Assembly: GCA_038227875.1 (NCBI GenBank)
Contig: JBBRPR010000001.1
Span: 128,001-192,000, forward strand
Direction of reading: 5' to 3'
From: Planctomycetota bacterium
GTDB taxonomy: Bacteria; Planctomycetota; SZUA-567; H5-PLA8
Length of the DNA: 64,000 bases
Part shown: piece by piece, positions 33,857-42,950 of the stretch
Layout of the letters: each line of letters begins with the position of its first letter
Position numbering within the stretch: the first letter of the stretch is position 1
The notes under the pieces: model-generated
Databases searched by the model: none
What the model saw: only the letters and a program-made list of their open reading frames with translations
What the model was told of the DNA's origin: nothing
Program-made: the position numbers and the translations under genes

Positions 33857-34356
33857 GCATCCTGTGGGGCCGCGAATTCCTGCGCGCGACAATCATCGTC
33901 GCGGTGGCCGGAGCCCTGGGCCTGACGGTCAATGCGATCAAGGAAAAGCCGCTGGCGGTACTCGACGCCAACGGTCCCGGTGCCTTTCCGGAAGAACCCC
34001 GCGTCCCCCCCGCGCAGCTCAAAGAATGGCTGAATTCCAAGAAGACCATTCTGATCCTCGATGTCCGCAATGACGACAACTACAACCTCGGCCACGCGCC
34101 GCAGTCCATTCACGCGCCCGAACCGCAATTCGACGAAAGTTATCACGCGCAGAATCTCGAAACGATCCTGCGCGCCGCCGATGAAGTCGTGGTGCTCTGC
34201 GACAGCTCCGAATGCCCGGCCGCCGATCGCATCGCCAAATCCCTGCGCGAGATGGGCCACAAAAACATAAACGTGTTGCAGGATGGCTGGCGCGGTTACC
34301 TGCAGCAGACCGATCTGCCGGTTGAACCTCCCGGCCAGGGCGGAGTGCGCCGATGA
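33853..34356 (+). CDS. Membrane-anchored rhodanese-like protein
   Basis: TM anchor; ILDVR, GHAPQS, LCDSSEC, LQDGWRGY. Confidence 0.85.
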   Translation: MSILWGREFLRATIIVAVAGALGLTVNAIKEKPLAVLDANGPGAFPEEPRVPPAQLKEWLNSKKTILILDVRNDDNYNLGHAPQSIHAPEPQFDESYHAQNLETILRAADEVVVLCDSSECPAADRIAKSLREMGHKNINVLQDGWRGYLQQTDLPVEPPGQGGVRR

Positions 34357-34793
34357 GCACCATTCCCGCCCCGGCTCCATCCGGTGAACGCGACTGGCCT
34401 GCGCTGATCGCGCGCTTTCTGGCCGGAGCGATGCTCTTCTACGCCGGCTTCATGAAGCTCAACACGTCCGCCGAATTCGCCGCGACGATCGCCAACTTCC
34501 GCATGCTTCCCGCCGTCGCGAACCAACTGTTGGCCGTGGTGCTGCCGTGGTGTGAAGTCGCGACAGGATTACTGTTGATCGCCGGAGTCTGGCCGCGCGC
34601 CGCGGGCCTCGTCGCCACGCTGCTTTTTCTGGCCTTCGGCATCGCCGCCAGCGCTGCTGTGATCCGCGGCCTGGACATCCAATGCGGCTGCTTCGGCACC
34701 GCCTCCGCCCGCCGCGTCGGCGTGCTGACGCTCGGCGTCGATCTGGCCGGATTGATCTCGGCGGCGCTGGTCGTCTTTCAGCGGGAGCCGTGA
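34353..34793 (+). CDS. MauE/DoxX family membrane protein
   Basis: AGFMKL, LPWCE, RGLDIQCGCFG; four TMs. Confidence 0.9.
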   Translation: MSTIPAPAPSGERDWPALIARFLAGAMLFYAGFMKLNTSAEFAATIANFRMLPAVANQLLAVVLPWCEVATGLLLIAGVWPRAAGLVATLLFLAFGIAASAAVIRGLDIQCGCFGTASARRVGVLTLGVDLAGLISAALVVFQREP

Positions 34794-34815
34794 CGGGCAT
34801 GAACGTTCGTGGCCG

Positions 34816-36786
34816 TCATTCGCCTAATTCGAGCGTGATCGACTTCATCACCGGCTTCGCGCCACAGGAGATCGTGTAGTTATCGCTGGCGGATTTGGCG
34901 ATGTGAACGTCCTGCTTCGCGACGCCGTTCTCGTCCCACGCATACGTGATCTTCACGGGCCGGAAGCCGCCGTGCGGTTCTTTGTAGTCGGCGTTGATGC
35001 TGAAGCGCATCACGCAAGTAGTGTTGCGTTGTGTTCCAGACCAGCGCACGAAAGCCTCTTTCGTTCCCGGCGGAATCTCCGCATACGTCAGGTAGAGGTC
35101 CGTGCTCGGCGTCGGCCCGCCCGCGTGTACAACGGTCTTGAACGTCTTGCCGCCATCGAACGAGAGCTGATAGTCCCAGCCGTCCTTGGCGTCGCGCGCG
35201 CGGTAGTCGCTGCCGAAGCGCAGTCGCGTCATCTCGCCGGGCGTGGTGACCTTGAAGGTGATGTCGCCGCTCCCGCCAGTCAACATCCACGACTTGGGCG
35301 AAACGCCATTCATGACGGGATGAAAATCATCCGCGCGTAGTTGCTGCTTGACGTCCGGATCGGGCGCAGCGGAAATCGTCACTGTGCCTTCCGAGGGTTC
35401 GGCGTTGAAGCGGATTGAATTCTCGCCAGCACCCAGCGCCGGCAAGGGTCGCTGCGAATGAAGAATGTCGTTGGCGACAGTCAGGCTGTCCAATCCTGTC
35501 CCGGCGCCCTTCAGTGTGAACTTCAATTGGTAATCATAGCGCTGAGTGACAAACGGCTTCAGGTCCAGAGTCCGCTCGCCCGTCGCGCTGATTTTCGCCA
35601 CGTCCGCCCAGTCCAGACCATTGTTCATCGAAATCGCGGCGGTGATCTCTCCGCCCTCGCCGACGACGGCTTTCAGCGTCGCCGCGCCGGTCAGGAAGAG
35701 GTAACCACTACTCATCCGGAATATCAACGTGCCCGGTTTCGCCGCGTCCTGGAGATGCAGCGCCGGCGTCGCCTTGTCGTCGGCGGTGCTGGCCAGATTT
35801 TCTGCCAGCAGCGCTCCACCTCGGAACGAACCGTCGGCGAGCGGCACGTTGTATTCGTGCCGGCCATGCCCGATGCGTCCGTTGCCCAGATCGCCGAGCG
35901 TCGCTGAATACGCCAGCACGCCTTCGCCGACTTTCAGCTTGAGAAAATCCGGGGGCATACCTTCTGGCAACGGCAAGGCCGTGCCCTGGTTGGACCAGTT
36001 GCGAACGATTCGTTCACCCTTGCGCAGTTGAATATTGATGGCGTGGCCTTGGAAATAGCCGTGGTCGTACTGATTGGGCGTGCCATGCGTGCCGTCGTAA
36101 TTGACCATCGACGTCTGCCAGCCGCCACACAGCGCGCAGGGCGACGAGCCGTTGGGAAAAAATGTCGGACAGGCAGCGAATAGCGGCGGGCCATTCTTCC
36201 AACCGGCTTTCATGAACTGGTTGAGCTTACCGCCGTCGCCGAGGTAACCCGGGTTCTTGTCGTACCATTCTTTCGCTGCCGCCTTGATTTCTTCGACTCC
36301 CGCGATCGAACCGTCTGGTTTGGGGAAATAATTGACGTACGCCGCATCGAGCAGATGCCAGGCGTTGTCGTATTTGATCTCCGAAACGCAGTGCCCATTT
36401 AGATTCCAGCCCCGCACCTCCATGTTCAAATACCGGCCGAGCGACTCGGCCATCGCGCCGGAGCAGCAACAGAAATTGCAGCCGTAAACATTGAACGTCT
36501 TGATGGCATCGTGAACGCAGGGTTCGGTTGCGCCAAGGTGCTCGGCAATGGGAGCGCCTTCAAGTCCGAACATGACGATCGTTTTCCAGATCGCCATCGC
36601 CTTGTCCGCGTCGCTCATGCCGTCTTTGATGTACGACTTCTTCCACGCCTCCAGGCTTGAAACATCTGGCACCTTGTCCGAGACCACCGAGATGTGACTG
36701 ACGACCCCCGGCACAGCGTCGTCGGTCGCATAAAGAAATCCCGATACAAATAGACCTGCCAAAATGACCCAGCATAGTTTGCGCAT
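34816..36786 (-). CDS. Secreted transglutaminase-like protein
   Basis: Signal peptide after GGAGG; FNVYGCNFCCC, GHCVSE, WHLLD (candidate Cys-His-Asp triad). Confidence 0.75.
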   Translation of the reverse strand: MRKLCWVILAGLFVSGFLYATDDAVPGVVSHISVVSDKVPDVSSLEAWKKSYIKDGMSDADKAMAIWKTIVMFGLEGAPIAEHLGATEPCVHDAIKTFNVYGCNFCCCSGAMAESLGRYLNMEVRGWNLNGHCVSEIKYDNAWHLLDAAYVNYFPKPDGSIAGVEEIKAAAKEWYDKNPGYLGDGGKLNQFMKAGWKNGPPLFAACPTFFPNGSSPCALCGGWQTSMVNYDGTHGTPNQYDHGYFQGHAINIQLRKGERIVRNWSNQGTALPLPEGMPPDFLKLKVGEGVLAYSATLGDLGNGRIGHGRHEYNVPLADGSFRGGALLAENLASTADDKATPALHLQDAAKPGTLIFRMSSGYLFLTGAATLKAVVGEGGEITAAISMNNGLDWADVAKISATGERTLDLKPFVTQRYDYQLKFTLKGAGTGLDSLTVANDILHSQRPLPALGAGENSIRFNAEPSEGTVTISAAPDPDVKQQLRADDFHPVMNGVSPKSWMLTGGSGDITFKVTTPGEMTRLRFGSDYRARDAKDGWDYQLSFDGGKTFKTVVHAGGPTPSTDLYLTYAEIPPGTKEAFVRWSGTQRNTTCVMRFSINADYKEPHGGFRPVKITYAWDENGVAKQDVHIAKSASDNYTISCGAKPVMKSITLELGE

Positions 36787-36959
36787 CGCTTGTCCTCCCC
36801 ATGCCACACGGACACTTGAGAGAGGGGTTGAACATGTGATTGCCTTCGAGGAAAAGCGAACAAATCGACGAACAGAAGGTACACTGCCTCGGTTTCCGCA
36901 GCATCCGCCGCCGTCAATTTTCCAGTTTCAATTCCGCCCATTTTGAATCTAATGATGCC

Positions 36960-37571
36960 ATGCGCATCGACATCGAGAAAACCTCCCCGCGTGACATTTA
37001 CAAAGTGATGATCTCCTGCATCACGCCCCGGCCGATTGCGTGGGTCTCCACGATTTCGCCCAACGGGATTCCCAACCTCGCGCCGTTCAGTTTCTTCAAC
37101 GGCATCGGCGCCAATCCGCCGACCGTGCTCTTCTGCCCCGTCAACCGCCGCGACGGCAGCAAGAAAGACACGCTGGTCAACGTCGAAGCGACGAAGGAAT
37201 TCGTCGTCAACTTCGTCCCGTTCTCACTCTCCAAGCCGATGAACGATTCCTCGGCGGACCTCCCTTACGAAGTGAATGAATTCGAAAAGGCCGGCATCGA
37301 CCAGGCGCCCTCGCTGAAGGTCAAGCCGCCGCGCGTCAAGGATTCGCCGGTCTATTTTGAATGCGTGCTCCATCAGATCATCAACGTCGGTGAAGGCGCA
37401 CTCGGCGCCAACGTGGTGATCGGCCGGATCGTCTGCATCGAAATCTCCGACACGGTGCTCGCCGCCGACGGCCAGATCGACCCCCGGAAACTCGATACCG
37501 TCGGCCGCATGGGCGGCAGTCTTTACAGCCGGACCACGGATCTGTTCGAGCTCAACCGGCCCACGCTGTAA
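36960..37571 (+). CDS. Flavin reductase family protein
   Basis: PRPIAWVST, NLAPFSFF, KDTLVN, EFVVN, GRMGG. Confidence 0.92.
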   Translation: MRIDIEKTSPRDIYKVMISCITPRPIAWVSTISPNGIPNLAPFSFFNGIGANPPTVLFCPVNRRDGSKKDTLVNVEATKEFVVNFVPFSLSKPMNDSSADLPYEVNEFEKAGIDQAPSLKVKPPRVKDSPVYFECVLHQIINVGEGALGANVVIGRIVCIEISDTVLAADGQIDPRKLDTVGRMGGSLYSRTTDLFELNRPTL

Positions 37572-37593
37572 TCGCGAAGAAGCGCCAAACGTT

Positions 37594-37668
37594 TGCAGGC
37601 GGGACGCCTGCTCCACAAAAAATTACGCGCGCGGACCCGAGAATTGTGGGGCGGGCGTCCCGCCTGCA
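37594..37668. repeat. Inverted pair of GTGG-type REP sequences
   Basis: TGCAGGCGGGACGCCTGCTCCACAA and TTGTGGGGCGGGCGTCCCGCCTGCA; same GGCGTCCCGCC core as the 8372 and 46270 copies. Confidence 0.8.
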
Positions 37669-37814
37669 CAAAACGCAATTTCGCGCAGCGAAGAGCCGTG
37701 AGCTGATATTCGCGCTCGCGAAAATCGCGCGGAACTGGACATCGCCTATCCGTGGGGTAAATTTATCTGCTTCGAATCTGTGCAAGTCGCAGGTGCTCGC
37801 GGCGGGAGGCTTTC

Positions 37815-38303
37815 GTGGCAGACGACGTCATTGGCTACATTCTGACTCAGTACCCTGGCCGCGGAATGGCGCCGGAACGCTCGGATTTTGAAGACAAGAT
37901 CAAAGCGGAGAAGGCCTTCACGGACGCCAAGATGGCCTCGATTCTCTGGCAGTCGCGCCCGGTCAGCTCCGGTCTGGGCTGGATCAAGATGAAGGAAAAG
38001 GAAGCGCCGCCGCCGGCCCCTCCGGCCCCGGCGAAGCCCGCCGTGCCCGCTGCCGCCGCTGCCGCCGGCGCGGCCAAGCCCGCGGTTCCGGCTCCGGCCG
38101 CTGCAGCCAAACCCGCAACGCCAGCCGCTGCGGTGCCAGCTCCGGCGACTGCGGTGCCAGCATCAGGCGCCTCACCGGCAGCCTCGCCCAAGCCCACGGT
38201 TTCGGCCAATCCCGTCGTCTCGGCTCCGCCGCCGGCCGCCTCATCGCCCACGCCCGCCGCCGACGCGACGGCTCCTGAAAAGAAGCCCGACGCCGCACAT
38301 TAA
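37815..38303 (+). CDS. Hypothetical protein with Pro/Ala-rich tail
   Basis: GGAGG RBS before GTG; ~60-aa globular head plus low-complexity tail; host-like codon usage. Confidence 0.7.
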   Translation: MADDVIGYILTQYPGRGMAPERSDFEDKIKAEKAFTDAKMASILWQSRPVSSGLGWIKMKEKEAPPPAPPAPAKPAVPAAAAAAGAAKPAVPAPAAAAKPATPAAAVPAPATAVPASGASPAASPKPTVSANPVVSAPPPAASSPTPAADATAPEKKPDAAH

Positions 38304-38372
38304 GCTGCGGCTTCGGACGAAAAAAACTTACATCCCCATCGTACGTGCTGCATTTTTTAAGGGAGAATTGCC

Positions 38373-39434
38373 ATGACAGTCAGTTACAAGCCCGAAGGTG
38401 TCTGGACCGCGCTGGTGACCCCGTTCGACAAGAACGGCAAGCTGGACTCCGCCGCCTTCAAGCGCCTGGTCGAATACCAGATCGCGCAGGGCATCACCGG
38501 TATTCTCCCCACCGGCACGACCGGCGAATCGCCGACCTTGAGCTGGGATGAACACAACCGCGTCGTCGAGGAAGCGATCGCCTTCGCCAAGGGCCGTGTC
38601 GGCGTGATGGCCGGCTCCGGATCCAATTGCACCGACGAAGCGATCGACGCCACGCGCCACGCGCGAGAAGCCGGCGCCAGCGCCGCGCTGATCGTCGACT
38701 GCTACTACAATAAGCCCTCGAGCCTCGAGCTGCGCACCGAATACTACGAACAGATCGCCGAATGGGTCGGCGACATTCCGCTCGTGCCGTACGTGATCCC
38801 CGGCCGCAGTGGATGCGCGCTCAGCGCTGAAGACCTCGCCATCCTGCATCTCAACAAGCCCAACCGCTTCCCCTGCGTGAAGGAAGCCACCGGCGATCTG
38901 GAACGCATGCGCCTGGAACGCAAGCTCGCCCCGACGCTGGCGATCATGCCCGGCGATGACGACCTGACCGTGGCGATGATCGAAGACCCGCTGATCAAGT
39001 CCTCGGGCGTGATCTCGGTCATGAGCAACGTCGTCCCCGGCGCGCTGGGCAAAATGGTGGCGTCGCTGCGCTCCGGCGACACGGCCACCGCCAAGGCGCT
39101 GGCTGCCAACCTCGACCCGCTCTTCAAGCTTGTCGGTTGCAAGATCGTCAGCAAACGCAAACTTCCCACCGGCCAGGAAGTGACCGTCGAAGACAAGATC
39201 CCCAATCCCGTGCCGGTGAAAACGATGATGGCCGGACTGGGCATGTCCGTCGGCATCTGCCGCAAGCCGCTGGGCAAGATGCCGAAGGAAGGCGTCGAAC
39301 GCTGCCGTAAAGCGCTGCAGGATTTGAACGCCACCGCGCCGGAAATTCTCAAGCCGATCGGAGAAGCCTTCGGCGTGAACGTCGCCGCGCGGCTGGCCGA
39401 CAACGCCGTCTGGAACGAACTGGCGCGCGCGTAA
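38373..39434 (+). CDS. dapA: 4-hydroxy-tetrahydrodipicolinate synthase
   Basis: TALVTPF, GTTGES, YYNKPS, YVIPGR, VKEATG, GDD, NPVPVK. Confidence 0.9.
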   Translation: MTVSYKPEGVWTALVTPFDKNGKLDSAAFKRLVEYQIAQGITGILPTGTTGESPTLSWDEHNRVVEEAIAFAKGRVGVMAGSGSNCTDEAIDATRHAREAGASAALIVDCYYNKPSSLELRTEYYEQIAEWVGDIPLVPYVIPGRSGCALSAEDLAILHLNKPNRFPCVKEATGDLERMRLERKLAPTLAIMPGDDDLTVAMIEDPLIKSSGVISVMSNVVPGALGKMVASLRSGDTATAKALAANLDPLFKLVGCKIVSKRKLPTGQEVTVEDKIPNPVPVKTMMAGLGMSVGICRKPLGKMPKEGVERCRKALQDLNATAPEILKPIGEAFGVNVAARLADNAVWNELARA

Positions 39435-39461
39435 GTCATTCTCGTAAAGCGTTGAAAATGG

Positions 39462-39499
39462 CGACCCCCCAGGCCCCGAGGCCTGGGGGTTGTCGTTTC
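39462..39499 (+). terminator. Hairpin after dapA, likely terminator
   Basis: CGAC-CCCCCAGGCC-ccga-GGCCTGGGGG-TTGTCGTTT. Confidence 0.6.
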
Positions 39500-39581
39500 A
39501 CATTCTCTGCCCGTGACCGCGTGCCGTTCGCGCGGTAGAACTATCGGGTACGCTATCCAAAGCCCACATGGGAGCTCCGCG

Positions 39582-40502
39582 ATGAAATTTAAATCACACC
39601 TTCTTATTGCCGCCACCCTTCTGCTCTGCGTTTCCGCGCCCGGTGCGTTTGCGGCGGCGGGCGGCGGTGTCGTGGTTGGAATCGGCGGAGGCGGCAACGC
39701 CAACGCGCCGGCCAACGAACCCAATGAAGTGGCGGCGATGGCGTATTGCAGAGCGTTTGCCGAAGCCGAGGAGATTTATCACCGCACCGATTACATGAGA
39801 GAAGGCGTGCTGCAGTACGCGCAGGTTCTGGCTGGCCGTGCGGAAGACTTCAAACGAATCAGGTCCGAACCGCTGAAAATCGACCCGCCCAGCGCCGACG
39901 AGCAGAAAAAAATCGAGACGCTGATCAAGGCGCTCGACGACGACGACTTCGCCGCACGCGAAAAGGCGACCACTGAGCTGATGGCTCTCGGCGCAAAAGC
40001 GTATCCCCAGGTTCAGAAGGCCTTGGCTTCGGCCAGTGAAGGCGAAGTCGCTCAGCGCGGCCGGCGGATCGTCGACAAAATCAACGAAGCCAATGCCACG
40101 CCGCCGAAGGTCAAAGTGAAATATCGATTCGGCCTGCTGGGCAGCAATGGCGGTGGAGAACTCGCGCTGATCGACCGGCGTCTGGCCGGAGCCGAATGCG
40201 CGGCAGGTTGCGATCCCAGTCAGAGCAACCCCGCCGGCGGCTATTTTTTCCGCGTCCTGACGCGGCAGGGTGAAGCCGCGACCGGCGGCAAACGCGACTA
40301 CATCGTCGGCGATAAAATGACGCTCGGCTACGCCCTGCTGGCGTTTCCCGCCGCCTACGGAGCCACCGGCAAAAAATGTTTCATGATCAACAACAACGGC
40401 ACCACCTTTGAGCGCGATTTTGGTTCCAAGGAAGCGACCGACGCATTCGTCAAGGACTGCATCGAGTTCAACCCCACAAAAGAATGGAAGGCGCCGGAGT
40501 AG
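39582..40502 (+). CDS. Secreted DUF2950-like protein with inserted HEAT-like segment
   Basis: NEVAAMAYC..AE..Y, VLQYAQ, GYFFRVLTRQG, GYALLAFPAAYGATG..FMINNNG; insert LDDDDFAAREKAT. Confidence 0.75.
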   Translation: MKFKSHLLIAATLLLCVSAPGAFAAAGGGVVVGIGGGGNANAPANEPNEVAAMAYCRAFAEAEEIYHRTDYMREGVLQYAQVLAGRAEDFKRIRSEPLKIDPPSADEQKKIETLIKALDDDDFAAREKATTELMALGAKAYPQVQKALASASEGEVAQRGRRIVDKINEANATPPKVKVKYRFGLLGSNGGGELALIDRRLAGAECAAGCDPSQSNPAGGYFFRVLTRQGEAATGGKRDYIVGDKMTLGYALLAFPAAYGATGKKCFMINNNGTTFERDFGSKEATDAFVKDCIEFNPTKEWKAPE

Positions 40503-40600
40503 AACGGAAGGACTGAGGACTGAAGACTGAGGTCGCGACGCGTGCGGGAATAAGAAGGACTGGAAGCCTCACCAGTAAGGGCACATCAGAACGGAGCGTT

Positions 40601-41458
40601 GTGGCGGCATTCGCATTAAATAAGCGGTTGTTCGAGTTAACCGGCGCGCGCAACCTGCATATTGACTCCCACATCCGCGGCATCAACGCCGGGGCCAAGG
40701 CGCACGGCTCGCGTCCGCACAAGCACGAACGCGTCACCTACGACTTCCTCGGCGTGAATTTCGTCCTCCGCGGCAGCGGCGAGTACATCGACGCCGTCGG
40801 GAAAAAGTACGAACTCGCACCCGGCGTCCTCTTCCACCGCTACCCCGGCGTGCTCCACACCTCGCGCTTCGATCCGTCCAGCGACTACGCGGAACTCTAC
40901 GTCGTGATCGACGACTTCACCGGCCGGCAGTTGATCGAGACCGGCTTCATCTCGCCGCAAGCGGTGATGAACGTCGGCGTCGATCCGGTGGTCCTCGACG
41001 AATTCCGGCACCTGATCAAGCATCTGCGCATGCACGAATTCCAGATGCCCTCGCGCGAACTGCTCCTCGACGGCGTGAAATTCATCAACGGACTCTACAG
41101 CCGTGCCGCAAGCACCCGCATCCGCGGTTTCTGGGATCGCACCATCGAGGACGCTTGCCTGCTGCTCGAACACAACCTCGACGAGCGCGTCCACCTGGAG
41201 ACGGTCGCGGAGAAACTCGGCGTCTCCTACGCCGCCTTCCGCAAACATTTCACGCGCGCGATGGGACTTTCCCCCAACGACTACCGCATCCGCCACAGAC
41301 TGGAAGCCGCACAACACGCGCTGGTCAGTTCCTCGGTAAAAGAAACCGCGCGGCTGCTTGGCTACTGCGATTCCTTCGCCTTCTCCACGCAATTCAAACA
41401 CTACTTCGGCATCTCTCCCCGCGAATACCAACGACGCGTGCAAAAAGGCATCGGATAA
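40601..41458 (+). CDS. AraC family transcriptional regulator
   Basis: Cupin-like N-terminus; VAEKLGVSY..FRKHF, VKETARLLGY..FSTQFK..GISP. Confidence 0.93.
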   Translation: MAAFALNKRLFELTGARNLHIDSHIRGINAGAKAHGSRPHKHERVTYDFLGVNFVLRGSGEYIDAVGKKYELAPGVLFHRYPGVLHTSRFDPSSDYAELYVVIDDFTGRQLIETGFISPQAVMNVGVDPVVLDEFRHLIKHLRMHEFQMPSRELLLDGVKFINGLYSRAASTRIRGFWDRTIEDACLLLEHNLDERVHLETVAEKLGVSYAAFRKHFTRAMGLSPNDYRIRHRLEAAQHALVSSSVKETARLLGYCDSFAFSTQFKHYFGISPREYQRRVQKGIG

Positions 41459-41471
41459 CCTTTCAATCGCG

Positions 41472-41500
41472 AAAAAAAAGCGCCGCTCATCGCGGCGCCT
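41472..41500 (-). terminator. Intrinsic terminator, U-tract on the minus strand
   Basis: AAAAAAAA-GCGCCGC-tcatc-GCGGCGC. Confidence 0.65.
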
Positions 41501-41525
41501 GTTCGTGAACCTCAGTCCTCAGTCC

Positions 41526-41747
41526 TCAGTCCTGAGCCCTCTCCGACTTCGCGCGCTTGATCTTCTCGTAGCGCGATTTCTCCTGGCAGTCGATGCTGCA
41601 GAACTTCGCGCTCGGATGGCGTTTGAACGCTTCCTTCTGGCAACATTCACAGACGATGCGGTAATTGCCCACGCTGTCGCCTTCGCGTTCCCATTTCCGT
41701 TTGCGCAGTTCGTGTTGTGAAAGTCCCAGTGTCCCGGTCGAACTCAT
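41526..41747 (-). CDS. Small Cys-rich putative zinc-binding protein
   Basis: CECC-x10-FCSIDC; GGGGAG RBS upstream. Confidence 0.6.
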   Translation of the reverse strand: MSSTGTLGLSQHELRKRKWEREGDSVGNYRIVCECCQKEAFKRHPSAKFCSIDCQEKSRYEKIKRAKSERAQD

Positions 41748-41975
41748 GGTGTTGCTCCCCGGTGAAATGAATTGTCACGATTGTCGGCGCAAGGCGATGC
41801 GTTTGAGTTCCGAACGCGCGTAGGTCAGATCCGCCAGATTGGTCTCGTACATCTTGATCAATTCGAAGTGAATTGGATGCTCCGGTTCCCGCCGCAGCAG
41901 GTGAATCTGGCGGTGAACCATCCGAATGTGAGTTCGTAACAATTTGTCGTTCATACGTTGAAGCCCCCATTACAT

Positions 41976-42347
41976 TCAAGGCGCCAGGTCCGTGGGCGAT
42001 GGCGGACTCGGCGGCGGCAGAGGCGTACGCGACGCGGTACTCAGCGTATTTCGTCCGCTGCTTGACGCTCGTGCGGGAACCGGGGCCAGCCGTGTCGACA
42101 TCCGCACGCGCCGCACGAAACGCCATTCCGACAGCGCGGCTTCCAGAGGCACGGCGTTGAGCATCGAGGGCGAATTCACGTGCGGCATCATCAACAGCAG
42201 CGCGCCGTCCTCGCGTTTGATCACCTGCACGCGCACCAGCTCGTTGTTTCCGCGCTCGCGGTAGAACTGCATCGCGGGATCGCAGCCAATGTATTGCGCG
42301 TAGTACACGCCGTCGTTGATCTCTCCCAAACTCATCGCCATCTTCAA
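41976..42347 (-). CDS. Hypothetical protein
   Basis: GGAG upstream, host-like codon usage in the first ~90 codons; no family recognised. Confidence 0.5.
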   Translation of the reverse strand: MKMAMSLGEINDGVYYAQYIGCDPAMQFYRERGNNELVRVQVIKREDGALLLMMPHVNSPSMLNAVPLEAALSEWRFVRRVRMSTRLAPVPARASSSGRNTLSTASRTPLPPPSPPSPTDLAP

Positions 42348-42435
42348 CTCTCCAAAACTCGTCTGCCGCCAGTGCGGACGCCAGAAGCAAGCGCCTGCAG
42401 CCTGAAAACTTCCGCTGTGGTTTCAGTTAACGGGT

Positions 42436-42837
42436 TCAGGCACGGGCGCGAGGAGGGGGCAGGAGAATTTCGAGCGTGGTATCGCTGCAGAAAAAGGAAT
42501 AGCTATCCACTGGCCGGGGCACTTGCACGCAATCGGGATCGGACTGAGCCAGGCGTTGGTCGTCGCATACCGAACCAATTGCCGAATTGTTGGCCTGAAT
42601 CAGAATGCCTTTGCGCTTGGAGGGCTTGTGCGTTTTGGCTGGAAATTGACTGCTTTGAGAAGTTATCACTGGCACAAGCATGTCGTGGAAATGCCCCGTC
42701 GGCATCGCGTACGACAGCACGAGGAGAAGGGAGAACGCGAGTTTTAGTCCATTTGCCATCGTCACTGGCTCGACACAAATTCTGTGCCGAAAATTGATGG
42801 GCGCGTCGAGCCCTTGGTGGAAGTACAAGTTCCCCAT
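42436..42837 (-). CDS. Possible small secreted protein
   Basis: Hydrophobic segment after MANG and a ..PPPRA end; lower GC; weak support. Confidence 0.3.
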   Translation of the reverse strand: MGNLYFHQGLDAPINFRHRICVEPVTMANGLKLAFSLLLVLSYAMPTGHFHDMLVPVITSQSSQFPAKTHKPSKRKGILIQANNSAIGSVCDDQRLAQSDPDCVQVPRPVDSYSFFCSDTTLEILLPPPRARA

Positions 42838-42950
42838 AGCTTTTCATGACTGAGAGTCATTTTTGATAATGTTGCGCCTGTGCAGGACATGCAAATATAT
42901 ACGCGTAAAAGCGTCTCATTTTGCGAATCATCAAAGCCAATGCGACAGCC

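Larger units (their letters stand above)
40509..41533. repeat. Inverted GGACTGA heptamer repeats bracketing the AraC gene
   Basis: AGGACTGAGGACTGAAGACTGAGG at 40509; CCTCAGTCCTCAGTCCTCAGTCCT ending at 41533. Confidence 0.75.

Noticed and set aside
37990..38290. DNA repeat element in the GCC-rich tract
   Set aside because: Explained by a Pro/Ala low-complexity protein tail.
41647..42390. 247-aa ORF overlapping the two small ORFs
   Set aside because: Arg-rich off-frame composition; the shorter ORFs have better RBS and codon usage.
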